Counted from the first letter of the stretch, positions 47,242 through 57,113 are shown. The stretch: DNA of 64,000 nt from Lachnospiraceae bacterium (GCA_022766905.1 JALEPU010000057.1:719-64718), one strand, 5' to 3'. The notes: a model not told the origin generated them from the letters alone. Numbers and translations: made by a program.

Positions 47242-48948
47242 TCACCTTCCTTTTCTTCTGCTCAGACTGCTGTACGCAATTTCAACCTTTCGCTTTGCAT
47301 TGATTAAATTATTTTTTAAGTGATTTATCTTTTTATTGATGGCATCATTTTTGTCATCACTGAGCTTCTCAATTCTGTTTTCGATCTTATTGATTTCTTC
47401 ATAAATTTTTTCCTGTGTTACTCCATTTGCTAAAAAATTTTCTGCATGATTACTTATTTGTACTGCAATCTCATTATAAAGAGTAAGTGCTGTTGTTTTA
47501 TTTCCCACATCGATAAATTCATTTTGATTCAATTTTGATAAATCCTCAAAAAACCGATTATATCCTGCAATAGTATTTTCACCGCTCAAGTCTTCTTTTC
47601 CCAGTGCCTCATAGTATGATCCAATCCTGCTGTATATTTCAGCTCTTTTTTTCTGTAAAGAATCAATACTTTTTACTCTTGTATTTATGACAGGATAAAA
47701 CCAGTTCTTCGCTGTATATTTTCCTTGCGTTCCCTTATACTTAAAAAAATAATTAATTCCCATCTGAAAACAAAATGGAATATATTCTTCCTTGTTCTTT
47801 TTCAGATAATCAATATTTCTTGCAGAGCCATTTATGGCATAAAGTGCAGAGGAAACTTTCCGTTCATCTTCTATGGAAAATTCTTCATCTTTTAGATAAT
47901 CTCCAAGCATTGCAAAATATGCTTTGCTGCTTCCGGGATTTAGTCTGATTGCTTCTTTATAATATTTTTGCTTTTCATCAGACAACGAAGATTGCGCTGC
48001 TCGTTCCAGATAAACCTCATAATTTTTTGATTTTATGTGATATATTTTCGTACTGCAAAAAAGAGCTCCCAGACCAAACAAAAGGGTAAATCCTGCGCAT
48101 AGGGAAAACTGTATCATTTTCTTTTTTTGTGATCTATGAAATGATTCATCCAGTTCTTTGTAATGCTCCAGTGCTTCTAACAAGTCAATGCAATTCTGAT
48201 ACCGGTCTTTCGGATTTAATTGAGTACATTTTAATAAAATCTTCTCAAAGCCAGTCGATAAATTTTCATCCCAATAACGAATTGGATACATTTCATAAGG
48301 CGGTGCCGCCGGATTATGCCCTGTTACCAGATGATATAATGTTGTGCCAAGACAATAGATATCTGTTCTTGCATCTGTCTGTCCATGACCTCCGAATTGT
48401 TCCGGTGCCGCATATCCTCTTGTCCCCAGACATGTGGTATCTTCTACATGACTGTTTTTAAATTCTCTTGCCGTGCCAAAATCAATGAGCGTTACATTAC
48501 CATCCGGTTTCAGCATGATATTTGCTGGTTTCATATCTCTGTAAATAATAGGAGGAACCTGAGCATGAAGATATTTTAAAACCTGACAAAGCTGTTTTCC
48601 CCATTCAATGACATTTTCCTGAGGCTGTGCTCCATGTTCTTTCAGTAATTTACTTAATGGTTCTCCTTCTATAAAATCCATAACAATCAGGAGTGAATCT
48701 TTCTCATCTATGACATCGACAATGTCCGGAAGGTTGGGATGACTTAATTTTTTTAATATATTGGTTTCAGCAATCAATCCCTGCCTTACAATTTCAAAAT
48801 CCTGGATTCCATCTTTACGAAGTTCTTTGATTGCCCACTGCTTATTGGCTCTTTCATTTAAAGCAAGATAGACAACGCTCATTCCACCTTGGCCGATTTT
48901 GTTTAAAATTTTATATGTTCCATTTATCGTGGAACCAATTTCCAGCAT
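47242..48948 (-). CDS. Hanks-type Ser/Thr protein kinase with one TM helix and an extracytoplasmic helical (TPR-like) domain; no PASTA repeats
   Basis: GQGGMSVVY, AIKEL, YRDMKPANIML, DFGTA and GYAAPEQ motifs. TM helix at about aa 289-311. The C-terminal 255 aa are helical-repeat-like. Confidence 0.9.
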   Translation of the reverse strand: MLEIGSTINGTYKILNKIGQGGMSVVYLALNERANKQWAIKELRKDGIQDFEIVRQGLIAETNILKKLSHPNLPDIVDVIDEKDSLLIVMDFIEGEPLSKLLKEHGAQPQENVIEWGKQLCQVLKYLHAQVPPIIYRDMKPANIMLKPDGNVTLIDFGTAREFKNSHVEDTTCLGTRGYAAPEQFGGHGQTDARTDIYCLGTTLYHLVTGHNPAAPPYEMYPIRYWDENLSTGFEKILLKCTQLNPKDRYQNCIDLLEALEHYKELDESFHRSQKKKMIQFSLCAGFTLLFGLGALFCSTKIYHIKSKNYEVYLERAAQSSLSDEKQKYYKEAIRLNPGSSKAYFAMLGDYLKDEEFSIEDERKVSSALYAINGSARNIDYLKKNKEEYIPFCFQMGINYFFKYKGTQGKYTAKNWFYPVINTRVKSIDSLQKKRAEIYSRIGSYYEALGKEDLSGENTIAGYNRFFEDLSKLNQNEFIDVGNKTTALTLYNEIAVQISNHAENFLANGVTQEKIYEEINKIENRIEKLSDDKNDAINKKINHLKNNLINAKRKVEIAYSSLSRRKGR

Positions 48949-48964
48949 ATTTCTCCTCCATTTC

Positions 48965-49732
48965 TCAACATGTTTTTATAAGAACAGCGGATATGTTATC
49001 CATCTCTTTGCGATATTTATTTAATTCCGTTAAATTAATCAGCTGGTTTCCCATGACCTTTTCTGAGGACATCCTGGAAGGATTTAATCTTTGGTAAATT
49101 TCCTGAGGTTTTATAACACGATAAAAGCCATCGGAACAAAGAAGATAACAGGAATTTTTCTTTGTCACGCCTTCATAAAATGCAGGCTTTATTAAATCAG
49201 ATGCTCCTACACATTGTAAAAGTACATTTTTTCGCGGATCCTTTTGGGCTTCTTCCTTGGTCATTCGTCCTCGGTCAATTTCTCTTTGAACAACGGTCTG
49301 ATCTTTTGTTAACTGAATCATGTGACTGGTTAACTCATAACCCCGGGAATCACCTACATGGATTACATAATATTGCTTCTCTGTAAGCAAAAGGGCAACC
49401 ACTGTTGTCCCCATTAGGGAATGTTCTTTCGCTGCATAATGGCTTATTCTGCTTCCACATGTTGTTATGACTTTTTCCATACTTCTTTGTATCACCTGAC
49501 TTTTCATTCCTGTAGAAAGATAATCGGGAAATTTTTCTTCAAACCATTTTGAAAAAGATCGAATTAAAGTTGCACTGGCCAGTTCTCCTTTCCATAGTCC
49601 TCCCATTCCATCGCAGATTACAGCAAGACATATTTTTCCGTAATCTGTATTTGCTTCTTTGATTAAGATCGAATCCTGGTTTGTATGCTTTTTTATTCCC
49701 ACATCTGTGTGAACTGCGGTTAAAAAGTTCAT
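48965..49732 (-). CDS. PP2C-family Ser/Thr protein phosphatase
   Basis: TDVGIKKHTNQDS, CDGMGG, GDSRGY and CSDGF metal-binding motifs. 255 aa. Confidence 0.9.
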   Translation of the reverse strand: MNFLTAVHTDVGIKKHTNQDSILIKEANTDYGKICLAVICDGMGGLWKGELASATLIRSFSKWFEEKFPDYLSTGMKSQVIQRSMEKVITTCGSRISHYAAKEHSLMGTTVVALLLTEKQYYVIHVGDSRGYELTSHMIQLTKDQTVVQREIDRGRMTKEEAQKDPRKNVLLQCVGASDLIKPAFYEGVTKKNSCYLLCSDGFYRVIKPQEIYQRLNPSRMSSEKVMGNQLINLTELNKYRKEMDNISAVLIKTC

Positions 49733-49848
49733 AAAGACCTTATTCTCCTTATTTTATTTATTTTTCCTGTGGTACATTGCAATGTGATATGAGTTCAATC
49801 GAATGTTAGAATTCTGTAGATCATAGATATTGAACTGAGATTGAATTT

Positions 49849-49877
49849 ATTATAACTCACTTCATTTCTTATTTCAA
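49849..49877 (-). promoter_or_regulatory. Near-consensus sigma-A promoter of the phosphatase/kinase/giant-protein operon
   Basis: The minus strand reads TTGAAA (49877-49872), a 17-nt spacer, then TATAAT (49854-49849). The resulting leader is about 110 nt. Confidence 0.55.
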
Positions 49878-50002
49878 GTTATTTTTCTATTTTTTTACAT
49901 TTATATATTTTTTTGTTTCCACGTTTTTTTTTCGAATTTTGGTTATTTCTATTATGAAATGCAGAGGTTTTCCGAATGATAGAAAAGAAGCGCCTATGAC
50001 AC

Positions 50003-50038
50003 AAAAAAAAGCGCCAACTTGCTAGAGCAAGTCGACGC
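50003..50038 (-). terminator. Rho-independent terminator of the butyryl-CoA operon
   Basis: On minus-strand RNA there is a 12-bp stem between 50011-50022 and 50027-50038 (two G-U pairs), with a 4-nt loop and 8 U after it. It lies 33 nt after the etfA stop. Confidence 0.75.
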
Positions 50039-50070
50039 TTCTACATTTCACATGTTAAAGATTATATGAA

Positions 50071-51099
50071 TTATTTATCAGCTAATACAGCTTTTACTTT
50101 CTCTGTCAGCAGAGGAAGGATCTGATTTAAGTCGCCAACAATACCGTAGTCAGCTACATCAAAAATAGGAGCTGTCTCGTCTTTGTTGATTGCGATGATA
50201 ATGTCGGACTCTTCCATACCAGCTACATGCTGAATTGCTCCGGAGATACCGATTGCAAAGTATACATGTGGACGTACGGTTTTACCTGTCTGTCCAACCT
50301 GCTGATCCTTCTCTGTCCAGCCTGAATCAACAGCTGCACGGGAAGAAGATACGGTTCCGCCGATTGCATCTGCAAAATCATATAAGAGTTTGAAGTTTTC
50401 TTTGCTTCCAACTCCACGTCCGCCGGATACAAGAATCTTAGCGTCCATGATATCAACCTTATCAGAAATCTTCTTAACAACTTCTTCTACTGTTACGTAT
50501 TTGTTGTTCTTTGTCAGTTCTGGGTTGAATTCGATTACTTCTGCCTTCTTAGAAGGATCTTTTTCTAATTTCTGCATAACGCCTGGACGTACGGTAGCCA
50601 TCTGTGGTCTGTTCTTCTTAATTAAGATAGTAGCCATGATGTTACCGCCGAATGCAGGACGGGTCATTCTTAAGTTATGTAAACCGCTGTCCGGATCTGC
50701 TTCCGGGTCGATTTCCAGTTTTGTACAGTCAGCTGTCAGACCGGATTTTACTCTTGCGGAAATACGTGGAGCAAGATCACGTCCGATTGCTGTTGCACCG
50801 TAAAGAACGATCTCTGGTTTGAACTCGTTAATTACTGCATCCATAGCCTGTGTATAAGGCTCTGTTGTATATTCAGCTAATACAGGGTCATCAACGATGA
50901 TAACTTTGTCAGCACCATAAGCTGCAAGATCATCTGCTAATCCCTTAACACCGGAACCAAGCACTACTGCTGTTACATCTGTTCCCAGGTCAGCTGCTAA
51001 TTCATTTGCTTTTCCGATTAATTCGTATGTTACACCGCTTACTTTGGCATCTACCTGCTGAGCGAAGACAAATACGCCTTTATAATCCTGTAAACTCAT
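50071..51099 (-). CDS. etfA: Electron transfer flavoprotein alpha subunit
   Basis: 342 aa, with the C-terminal FAD-binding region. Position after etfB and bcd. Confidence 0.9.
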   Translation of the reverse strand: MSLQDYKGVFVFAQQVDAKVSGVTYELIGKANELAADLGTDVTAVVLGSGVKGLADDLAAYGADKVIIVDDPVLAEYTTEPYTQAMDAVINEFKPEIVLYGATAIGRDLAPRISARVKSGLTADCTKLEIDPEADPDSGLHNLRMTRPAFGGNIMATILIKKNRPQMATVRPGVMQKLEKDPSKKAEVIEFNPELTKNNKYVTVEEVVKKISDKVDIMDAKILVSGGRGVGSKENFKLLYDFADAIGGTVSSSRAAVDSGWTEKDQQVGQTGKTVRPHVYFAIGISGAIQHVAGMEESDIIIAINKDETAPIFDVADYGIVGDLNQILPLLTEKVKAVLADK

Positions 51100-51150
51100 T
51101 TTTCTTACCTCTTTCTTTTCTAATTCATGTATCGATTTACTGCCTCTGGC

Positions 51151-51939
51151 TTAGATAACAAATTTTTCTTTTAATTTAGCAACGATATAATCAGCTGCTC
51201 CTTCTGCGTCTAATCCAGTTTCCTTTACTCCAGCTGGTTTTAACTGTTTCGGGAAGGACTGTGCTACATTAGTAGGTGAACCTTTCAGTCCAAGCTTGTC
51301 ATCGTCTACATCAACATCAGCGCGTGTGATGATATGAACTTCTTTTTCTCTGTAAGCGTCAAAAATTCCGCCAGGAGTCATATAACGAGGTGTGTTCATC
51401 TCGCCAAGAGCTGTTACCAGACATGGCATCTGAACTCTTACAGTATGATATCTGTCATCATACTGACGTTTTACAACGATAGAATCTCCGTCTACTTTAA
51501 TATCCTCAGCATAGGATACGTTTGGAATATCCAGCCATTCAGCGATCTGTGGTCCAACCTGAGCGGTGTCACCATCGATAGCCTGACGACCTGCGATAAT
51601 TAAATCAAAATCACCAATCTTAGCGATGCCGGCAGCTACTGTGTAAGAAGTAGCAAGTGTATCAGCACCACCAAATGCTCTGTCTGTTACAAGGTAAGCT
51701 TCATCAGCACCCATAGCTAAAGCTTCTCTTAATGCTGCGTCTGCCTGTGGAGGTCCCATAGAAATAACAGTTACTGTTGCACCTGTTTCATCTTTAATCT
51801 GAAGGGCTGCCTCTAAACCTGCTTTATCATCCGGGTTGATGATACTTGGTACACCATCACGGATCAATGTACCTTTAACAGGATCCAATTTTACTTCGTT
51901 TGTATCCGGAACTTGTTTAATACATACTACGATTTTCAT
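51151..51939 (-). CDS. etfB: Electron transfer flavoprotein beta subunit
   Basis: Start set to the ATG at 51939 (MKIVVCIKQVPD..., AGGAGA RBS). 262 aa. Confidence 0.9.
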   Translation of the reverse strand: MKIVVCIKQVPDTNEVKLDPVKGTLIRDGVPSIINPDDKAGLEAALQIKDETGATVTVISMGPPQADAALREALAMGADEAYLVTDRAFGGADTLATSYTVAAGIAKIGDFDLIIAGRQAIDGDTAQVGPQIAEWLDIPNVSYAEDIKVDGDSIVVKRQYDDRYHTVRVQMPCLVTALGEMNTPRYMTPGGIFDAYREKEVHIITRADVDVDDDKLGLKGSPTNVAQSFPKQLKPAGVKETGLDAEGAADYIVAKLKEKFVI

Positions 51940-52029
51940 GTATATGTCTCTCCTTACTATTCTTTGATTCATACTTTTCTTACGTTTTTCGAAAAAACAT
52001 CCGAAAAACATCGACTTCTTCTGGGTAAA

Positions 52030-53184
52030 TTATTTCAGTAAGTTACCAGAGATAACCATACGCTGAACTTCAGATGTTCCTTCGTAGATCTCAGTAATCT
52101 TAGCATCACGCATCATACGCTCTACATCGTATTCTCTTGTGTAACCATATCCACCATGGAGCTGTACAGCCTTGGTAGTAACTTCCATAGCAACTTCTGC
52201 TGCAAATAATTTTGCCATAGCTGCTTCTACGGAGAATACTTTCTGAGTTTCTTTTGCTCTTGCTGCTCTGTAAACCATCATCTGAGCTGCCTGTGTCTTG
52301 GTAGCCATATCTGCTAACTGGAACTGAGTGTTCTGGAAAGCACTGATTGTACGACCAAACTGTTTTCTTTCTTTTGTGAAGTTAATCGCTGACTGTAAAG
52401 CGCCTTCTGCAAGACCAAGAGCCTGGGAAGCGATACCGATACGTCCGCCATCCAGAGTCTGCATAGCAAGTGCAAAACCTTTGCCAAGTTTACCTAACAG
52501 ATTTTCCTTTGGAATTCTGCAGTCCTGGAAAATAAGTTCGTATGTAGCTGAACCACGGATACCCATCTTTTTCTCTTTTGTTCCGAATGTGAATCCCGGT
52601 GTTCCTTTTTCTACGATAAATGCGGAGAAGCTCTTTTTCTGTCTTCCTCTCTTATCTGTTGTAATATCTGTAATTGCAATAACAATATAAACATCTGCAT
52701 AAGAACCGTTTGTGATGAAGCATTTGGATCCGTTTAATACCCATTCGTCACCATCTAAAACAGCCTTTGTCTGAGCACCCTGAGCATCTGTACCTGCACC
52801 AGGTTCTGTCAGAGCGAAAGCACCCAATTTCTCACCTTTTGCCAGTGGAACCAGGTATTTCTGTTTCTGTTCTTCTGTACCATGTTTGTAAATAGGATCT
52901 GCGCAAAGAGATGTATGTGCAGATACAACTACTGCTGTAGTACCACATACTTTAGCCAGTTCTTCTACACACATAATGTAGGTTAAAGTATCGCAGCCCT
53001 GTCCGCCATATTCCTTTGGGAATGGGATACCAAGGAATCCATTCGCTGCCATCTTTTTCACTGTCTCAGCAGGGAACTGTTCTAATTCATCAGTCTCCTG
53101 TGCAAGAGGTTTTACCTCTGTCTCAGCGAACTGTCTGAAAAGACCTCTCGCCATTTCATGTTCTTTGCTCAAAGTAAAATCCAT
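52030..53184 (-). CDS. bcd: Butyryl-CoA dehydrogenase (short-chain acyl-CoA dehydrogenase)
   Basis: Start set to the ATG at 53184 (MDFTLSKEHEMAR..., GGAGGA RBS). Acyl-CoA dehydrogenase motifs are present, including the C-terminal YEGTSEVQ. Confidence 0.9.
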   Translation of the reverse strand: MDFTLSKEHEMARGLFRQFAETEVKPLAQETDELEQFPAETVKKMAANGFLGIPFPKEYGGQGCDTLTYIMCVEELAKVCGTTAVVVSAHTSLCADPIYKHGTEEQKQKYLVPLAKGEKLGAFALTEPGAGTDAQGAQTKAVLDGDEWVLNGSKCFITNGSYADVYIVIAITDITTDKRGRQKKSFSAFIVEKGTPGFTFGTKEKKMGIRGSATYELIFQDCRIPKENLLGKLGKGFALAMQTLDGGRIGIASQALGLAEGALQSAINFTKERKQFGRTISAFQNTQFQLADMATKTQAAQMMVYRAARAKETQKVFSVEAAMAKLFAAEVAMEVTTKAVQLHGGYGYTREYDVERMMRDAKITEIYEGTSEVQRMVISGNLLK

Positions 53185-53293
53185 GATTATTTCCTCCATT
53201 TTTTGATCATTCCGATTTTGGTAATTCACGAAAAGCAGCCGCAAGGCAGTATCCCCGAAAAGGACATCTGCCACGCGACTCTTATTTTATATA

Positions 53294-54133
53294 TTATTTT
53301 CTGTAATCGTAGAAACCTACGCCTGTCTTCTGACCTAATTTACCGCCACGTACCATTTTTCTTAACAGTGGATGTGGACGATATTTGGAATCACCGGTCT
53401 CGTTGTATAATACTTCCATGATAGCCAGGCAGATATCAAGACCAACCAGGTCACCTAAAGCTAAAGGTCCCATTGGGTGGTTAGCGCCTAATTTCATAGC
53501 TGTATCAATACCTTCTACAGATGCAACACCGTCTGCATAGATACCAACTGCTTCGTTGATCATTGGGATTAAGATTCTGTTTACAACGAATCCGGCAGCT
53601 TCTTCTACCTGTACAGGTGTTTTGCCGATTTCTTCGGAGATAGCTTTGATCTTGTCTACCATTTCATCCGGAGTATTCAGACCAGCGATAACTTCGATTA
53701 ATTTCATAACAGGAGCTGGGTTGAAGAAATGCATACCAATAACCGGTCTGTCAAGTCCTGCACCAATCTCTGTGATGGATAAAGAAGATGTGTTTGTAGC
53801 AAACATACAATCCGGTTTACAGATATCCTGTAACTCTTTGAATGTCTGTTTCTTTACTTCCATAACTTCCAGAGCTGCTTCTACGATTAAATCACAGTCA
53901 CCACAGATTTCTTTTGTACCTGTTGTGATCTTAGCCAGAATAGCATCTGCCTTTTCCTGATCCATTTTGCCTTTTGCAACACGTTTGTCAAAGCCTTTTT
54001 TGATTTTTGCTTTGCCGTTTGCAGCAAATTCGTCATTGATATCACATAAAAATACTTCATAGCCTTCTGTCTGAGCAAAAGCCTGAGCAATACCGGAACC
54101 CATTGTTCCTGCACCAATAATTCCTACTTTCAT
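53294..54133 (-). CDS. hbd: 3-hydroxybutyryl-CoA dehydrogenase
   Basis: Start set to the ATG at 54133 ([26 protein letters not shown]). 279 aa. Confidence 0.9.
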   Translation of the reverse strand: MKVGIIGAGTMGSGIAQAFAQTEGYEVFLCDINDEFAANGKAKIKKGFDKRVAKGKMDQEKADAILAKITTGTKEICGDCDLIVEAALEVMEVKKQTFKELQDICKPDCMFATNTSSLSITEIGAGLDRPVIGMHFFNPAPVMKLIEVIAGLNTPDEMVDKIKAISEEIGKTPVQVEEAAGFVVNRILIPMINEAVGIYADGVASVEGIDTAMKLGANHPMGPLALGDLVGLDICLAIMEVLYNETGDSKYRPHPLLRKMVRGGKLGQKTGVGFYDYRK

Positions 54134-54205
54134 CGTATAAAACCTCCTTCTCTTCTGCGAGAGTATATCATAGTACATTAATTGATAACTGATTCTAAAA
54201 TAAAT

Positions 54206-54982
54206 TTATTTATTCTTGAAGCCTTCTACTTTTCTCTTCTCGAGGAATGCAGCCATACCTTCAATCTGATCTTCTGTCTTGAAGCAGCTTCCAAATAACT
54301 TCTCTTCGATTACGATAGCCTGATCCATATCTACCTGAAGACCATCATTGATTGCTTTCTTGCAAGCACGAACAGCGATAGGAGCCTGCTTTGCAATACC
54401 TGCTGCCATCTTCTTAGCTGCCGGCATTAACTCTTCCAATGGATATACAGCATTAACAAGACCGATTCTTAAAGCTTCATCTGCTTTAATATTACGTGCT
54501 GTATAAATCATCTGTTTTGCCATACCTGGGGAAACCAGACGAGCAAGTCTCTGCGTTCCGCCAAATCCAGGAGTGATTCCCAGACCAACATCAGGCTGTC
54601 CAAAAACTGCATTTTCAGAACAGATTCTGATATCGCAGCTCATGGAAATCTCACATCCGCCACCTAAAGCAAATCCATTCACTGCAGCAATTACAGGAAT
54701 TGGGAATGTCTCAATCTTACGGAATACATCGTTACCGATCTTACCGAAAGCTTCGCCTTCTTCTGGTGTTAATGTGCTCATCTCTCCAATATCAGCGCCG
54801 GCTACAAAGGATTTCTCGCCTGCACCTGTTAAGATCAGACATCTGGTTGCGTCTAAATCGATGCTGTCTAATGTTGCATCTAATTCTTTTAAAACTTCAC
54901 TATTTAATGCATTCAGAGCCTTTGGACGATTAATGGTAATAACGCCTACAAAGCCTTCCTGTTCATATGTAATAAATCCCAT
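54206..54982 (-). CDS. crt: Short-chain enoyl-CoA hydratase (crotonase)
   Basis: Crotonase fold (GAGEKSFVAGADI, NGFALGGGCE). Start probably the ATG at 54982 (AGGAG 10 nt upstream); 54991 or 55006 are alternatives. Confidence 0.85.
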   Translation of the reverse strand: MGFITYEQEGFVGVITINRPKALNALNSEVLKELDATLDSIDLDATRCLILTGAGEKSFVAGADIGEMSTLTPEEGEAFGKIGNDVFRKIETFPIPVIAAVNGFALGGGCEISMSCDIRICSENAVFGQPDVGLGITPGFGGTQRLARLVSPGMAKQMIYTARNIKADEALRIGLVNAVYPLEELMPAAKKMAAGIAKQAPIAVRACKKAINDGLQVDMDQAIVIEEKLFGSCFKTEDQIEGMAAFLEKRKVEGFKNK

Positions 54983-55081
54983 CAGATTCATACTCCTTTC
55001 CGACATTTCATTCAGATACAGATGTCCAGATTCAGAAAAGCTTTTCTGAATCTGGACGAATAATCAAATTTTAATTCAAAA

Positions 55082-56263
55082 CTAATCTCTGAAAACGATG
55101 GTTGAGCATCCCATACCACCGCCGATACACAGTGTAGCAAGACCCTTCTTAGCATCACGTCTTACCATCTCGTGTAATAATGTAACAAGGATACGGCATC
55201 CTGATGCTCCTACCGGATGTCCAAGAGCGATAGCGCCGCCGTTCACATTCAGTTTGTCATTGTCAAATCCAAGGTCTCTTCCTACTGCTAAGGACTGAGC
55301 TGCGAAAGCTTCGTTTGCTTCGATTAAGTCCATATCATCGATAGAAAGACCAGTCTTTGCTAAAACTTTCTTTGTAGATGCAACAGGTCCAACACCCATG
55401 ATAGAAGGATCAACTCCGCCTAATGCTCCAGCTACCCATGTAGCCATTGGTGTAATTCCAAGTTCTGCTGCTTTTTCTTCGCTCATAACAACGATTGCTG
55501 CTGCACCATCATTGATACCTGAAGAGTTAGCTGCTGTAACGATACCATCTTTCTTGAAAGCTGGACGTAATTTTGCAATGCTTTCTGCTGTTGTTCCAGG
55601 ACGTGGTCCCTCATCTGCATCAACAACAACCGTTTTCTTCTTTAACTGAACTTCTACAGGAACGATCTCATCTTTGAATTTGCCTGCTGCAATTGCTGCT
55701 TCAGCTTTCTGCTGGCTCCATGCTGCAAACTCATCTAATTCTTCACGGGATAATCCCCACTGTTCTGCTACGTTTTCTGCTGTGATACCCATGTGATACT
55801 GATTAAAAGCATCCCATAATGCATCGTTAACCATACAGTCTTTTAATGTACCGTTGTTCATTCTGTAACCAAAACGAGCTTTGTCTAAGCAGAATGGAGC
55901 AAGGGACATGTTTTCCATACCACCTGCAACTACAATATCAGCTTCGCCAGCTAAAATCTTAGTTGCTGCTAAGTTTACACAGTTCAAACCAGAACCACAA
56001 ACTACGTTAATTGTAACTGCAGGAACTTCAATAGGAAGACCAGCTTTAATGGAAGCCTGACGAGCAACGTTCTGTCCAAGACCAGCCTGAATAACGCATC
56101 CCATTAAAACTTCATCTACTGCTGCAGGATCAACGCCAGCTCTGTTTAATGCTTCTTTAATAACGATAGATCCTAAATCTGCTGCAGGTACTGTGCTTAA
56201 AGCTCCTCCCATTGTACCAATTGCTGTACGGCAAGCTCCTGCTAAAACTACTTTTTTCGCCAT
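55082..56263 (-). CDS. thlA: Acetyl-CoA acetyltransferase (thiolase)
   Basis: Start set to the ATG at 56263 ([25 protein letters not shown]). Active-site regions [14 protein letters not shown] and CIGGGMG. 393 aa. Confidence 0.9.
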   Translation of the reverse strand: MAKKVVLAGACRTAIGTMGGALSTVPAADLGSIVIKEALNRAGVDPAAVDEVLMGCVIQAGLGQNVARQASIKAGLPIEVPAVTINVVCGSGLNCVNLAATKILAGEADIVVAGGMENMSLAPFCLDKARFGYRMNNGTLKDCMVNDALWDAFNQYHMGITAENVAEQWGLSREELDEFAAWSQQKAEAAIAAGKFKDEIVPVEVQLKKKTVVVDADEGPRPGTTAESIAKLRPAFKKDGIVTAANSSGINDGAAAIVVMSEEKAAELGITPMATWVAGALGGVDPSIMGVGPVASTKKVLAKTGLSIDDMDLIEANEAFAAQSLAVGRDLGFDNDKLNVNGGAIALGHPVGASGCRILVTLLHEMVRRDAKKGLATLCIGGGMGCSTIVFRD

Positions 56264-56401
56264 AATAATTACCCTCCATGTAATAATTGATCTTTCATCC
56301 GCCAATGAAAGACAGGTTATATTATCACTGCAAACCCTTCTCTTCAAACAAAGAAAACATATGCCGATTTATATGTTTTTTTGGGTCTTACAGCATTCAC
56401 T

Positions 56402-56419
56402 GTGTTAATAATATCACAA
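56402..56419 (-). promoter_or_regulatory. Imperfect palindrome overlapping the -10, a candidate Rex-type operator
   Basis: The minus strand reads TTGTGAT-ATTA-TTAACAC. Compare the published Rex consensus forms TTGTGAA-N4-TTCACAA and TTGTTAA-N4-TTAACAA. Confidence 0.3.
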
Positions 56420-56436
56420 TCATTATCTCTTTGCAA
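56408..56436 (-). promoter_or_regulatory. Sigma-A promoter of the thl-crt-hbd-bcd-etfBA operon
   Basis: The minus strand reads TTGCAA (56436-56431), a 17-nt spacer ending in TGA, then TATTAT (56413-56408). The resulting leader is about 135 nt. Confidence 0.5.
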
Positions 56437-56634
56437 GTGTTGAACAAAAAAAATTCACACAAGATTTGTCCCTTATTTATTCTGTCTAATGAAACCACCT
56501 TTTTATCTTAGGTTTTTGTAATGTATACACTATACAATGCTAATGTTTTCTTTTCACGTTTTTAGTAGGAACTAGTACATATTTCTCATATTGTTCTAAT
56601 AGTTTATACAATTCCCAATACTTCGTCAAAGAAA

Positions 56635-56717
56635 TAACATGATATCCAAGGTATCAAAGTTGTGCCTTTCATGCTTGCATGAACAGGCATGACCTTGATA
56701 CCTTGGATATCATGTTA
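56635..56717. repeat. 83-nt near-perfect hairpin / inverted repeat
   Basis: The arms 56635-56657 and 56695-56717 are 23 bp of perfect complementarity. Pairing continues inward with one mismatch, two G-U pairs and one bulge, ending at an inner palindrome TTCATGC-TT-GCATGAA. Confidence 0.85.
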
Positions 56718-56831
56718 CACTTTGTCTTTCTTACCATTTACGGTAAAATAAAAGAAGTTACTGTATACAAGAGAAACAGTCTGTTTCTTTGTCCCAGTAA
56801 CTCCTTCAAATTTAAAGAATATAATATTTTT

Positions 56832-57113
56832 TTAATTAAACAGCCCTAAACTTAATAATAGTTCCAGCACAACAAAACCTGTCAGCACTTTTGTATAAGT
56901 CTTGCTTACTTCATAATGGTAATCCGGATTATATTTTGACCGGTAAACAGCATTTACTATGATGTTCGCTACAAATAAAATGGCTGCTGCCCAGATAATC
57001 CACATATGCTTTCCTACGATCTGAGAGTCCATCAGAAAGAAGTAAATAATTGCACCTGGAATAATCAGATAACTTAAAATCTGATTAAAAATAGTAATGA
57101 TTTTGTCATTCAT
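56832..57113 (-). CDS. Small 3-TM membrane protein (hypothetical, 93 aa)
   Basis: Clean ORF with three hydrophobic helices. It is flanked by the hairpin repeat and its degenerate copy. Confidence 0.45.
   Translation of the reverse strand: MNDKIITIFNQILSYLIIPGAIIYFFLMDSQIVGKHMWIIWAAAILFVANIIVNAVYRSKYNPDYHYEVSKTYTKVLTGFVVLELLLSLGLFN

Noticed and set aside
47242-49732. Reading the kinase/phosphatase pair as a phage-defence (Stk2-like) system.
   Set aside because: - There is no associated nuclease, ATPase, TIR/SIR2 or other effector gene.
- The neighbours are a surface Ig-repeat protein and a tiny membrane protein, which points to envelope or surface signalling instead.
56401-56418. Reading the TGTG-N10-CACA palindrome as a CRP/FNR-type site.
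   Set aside because: CRP/FNR sites have TGTGA-N6-TCACA spacing (16 bp), and this one is 18 bp. A one-base-shifted Rex-like reading fits better and is reported as a low-confidence candidate.
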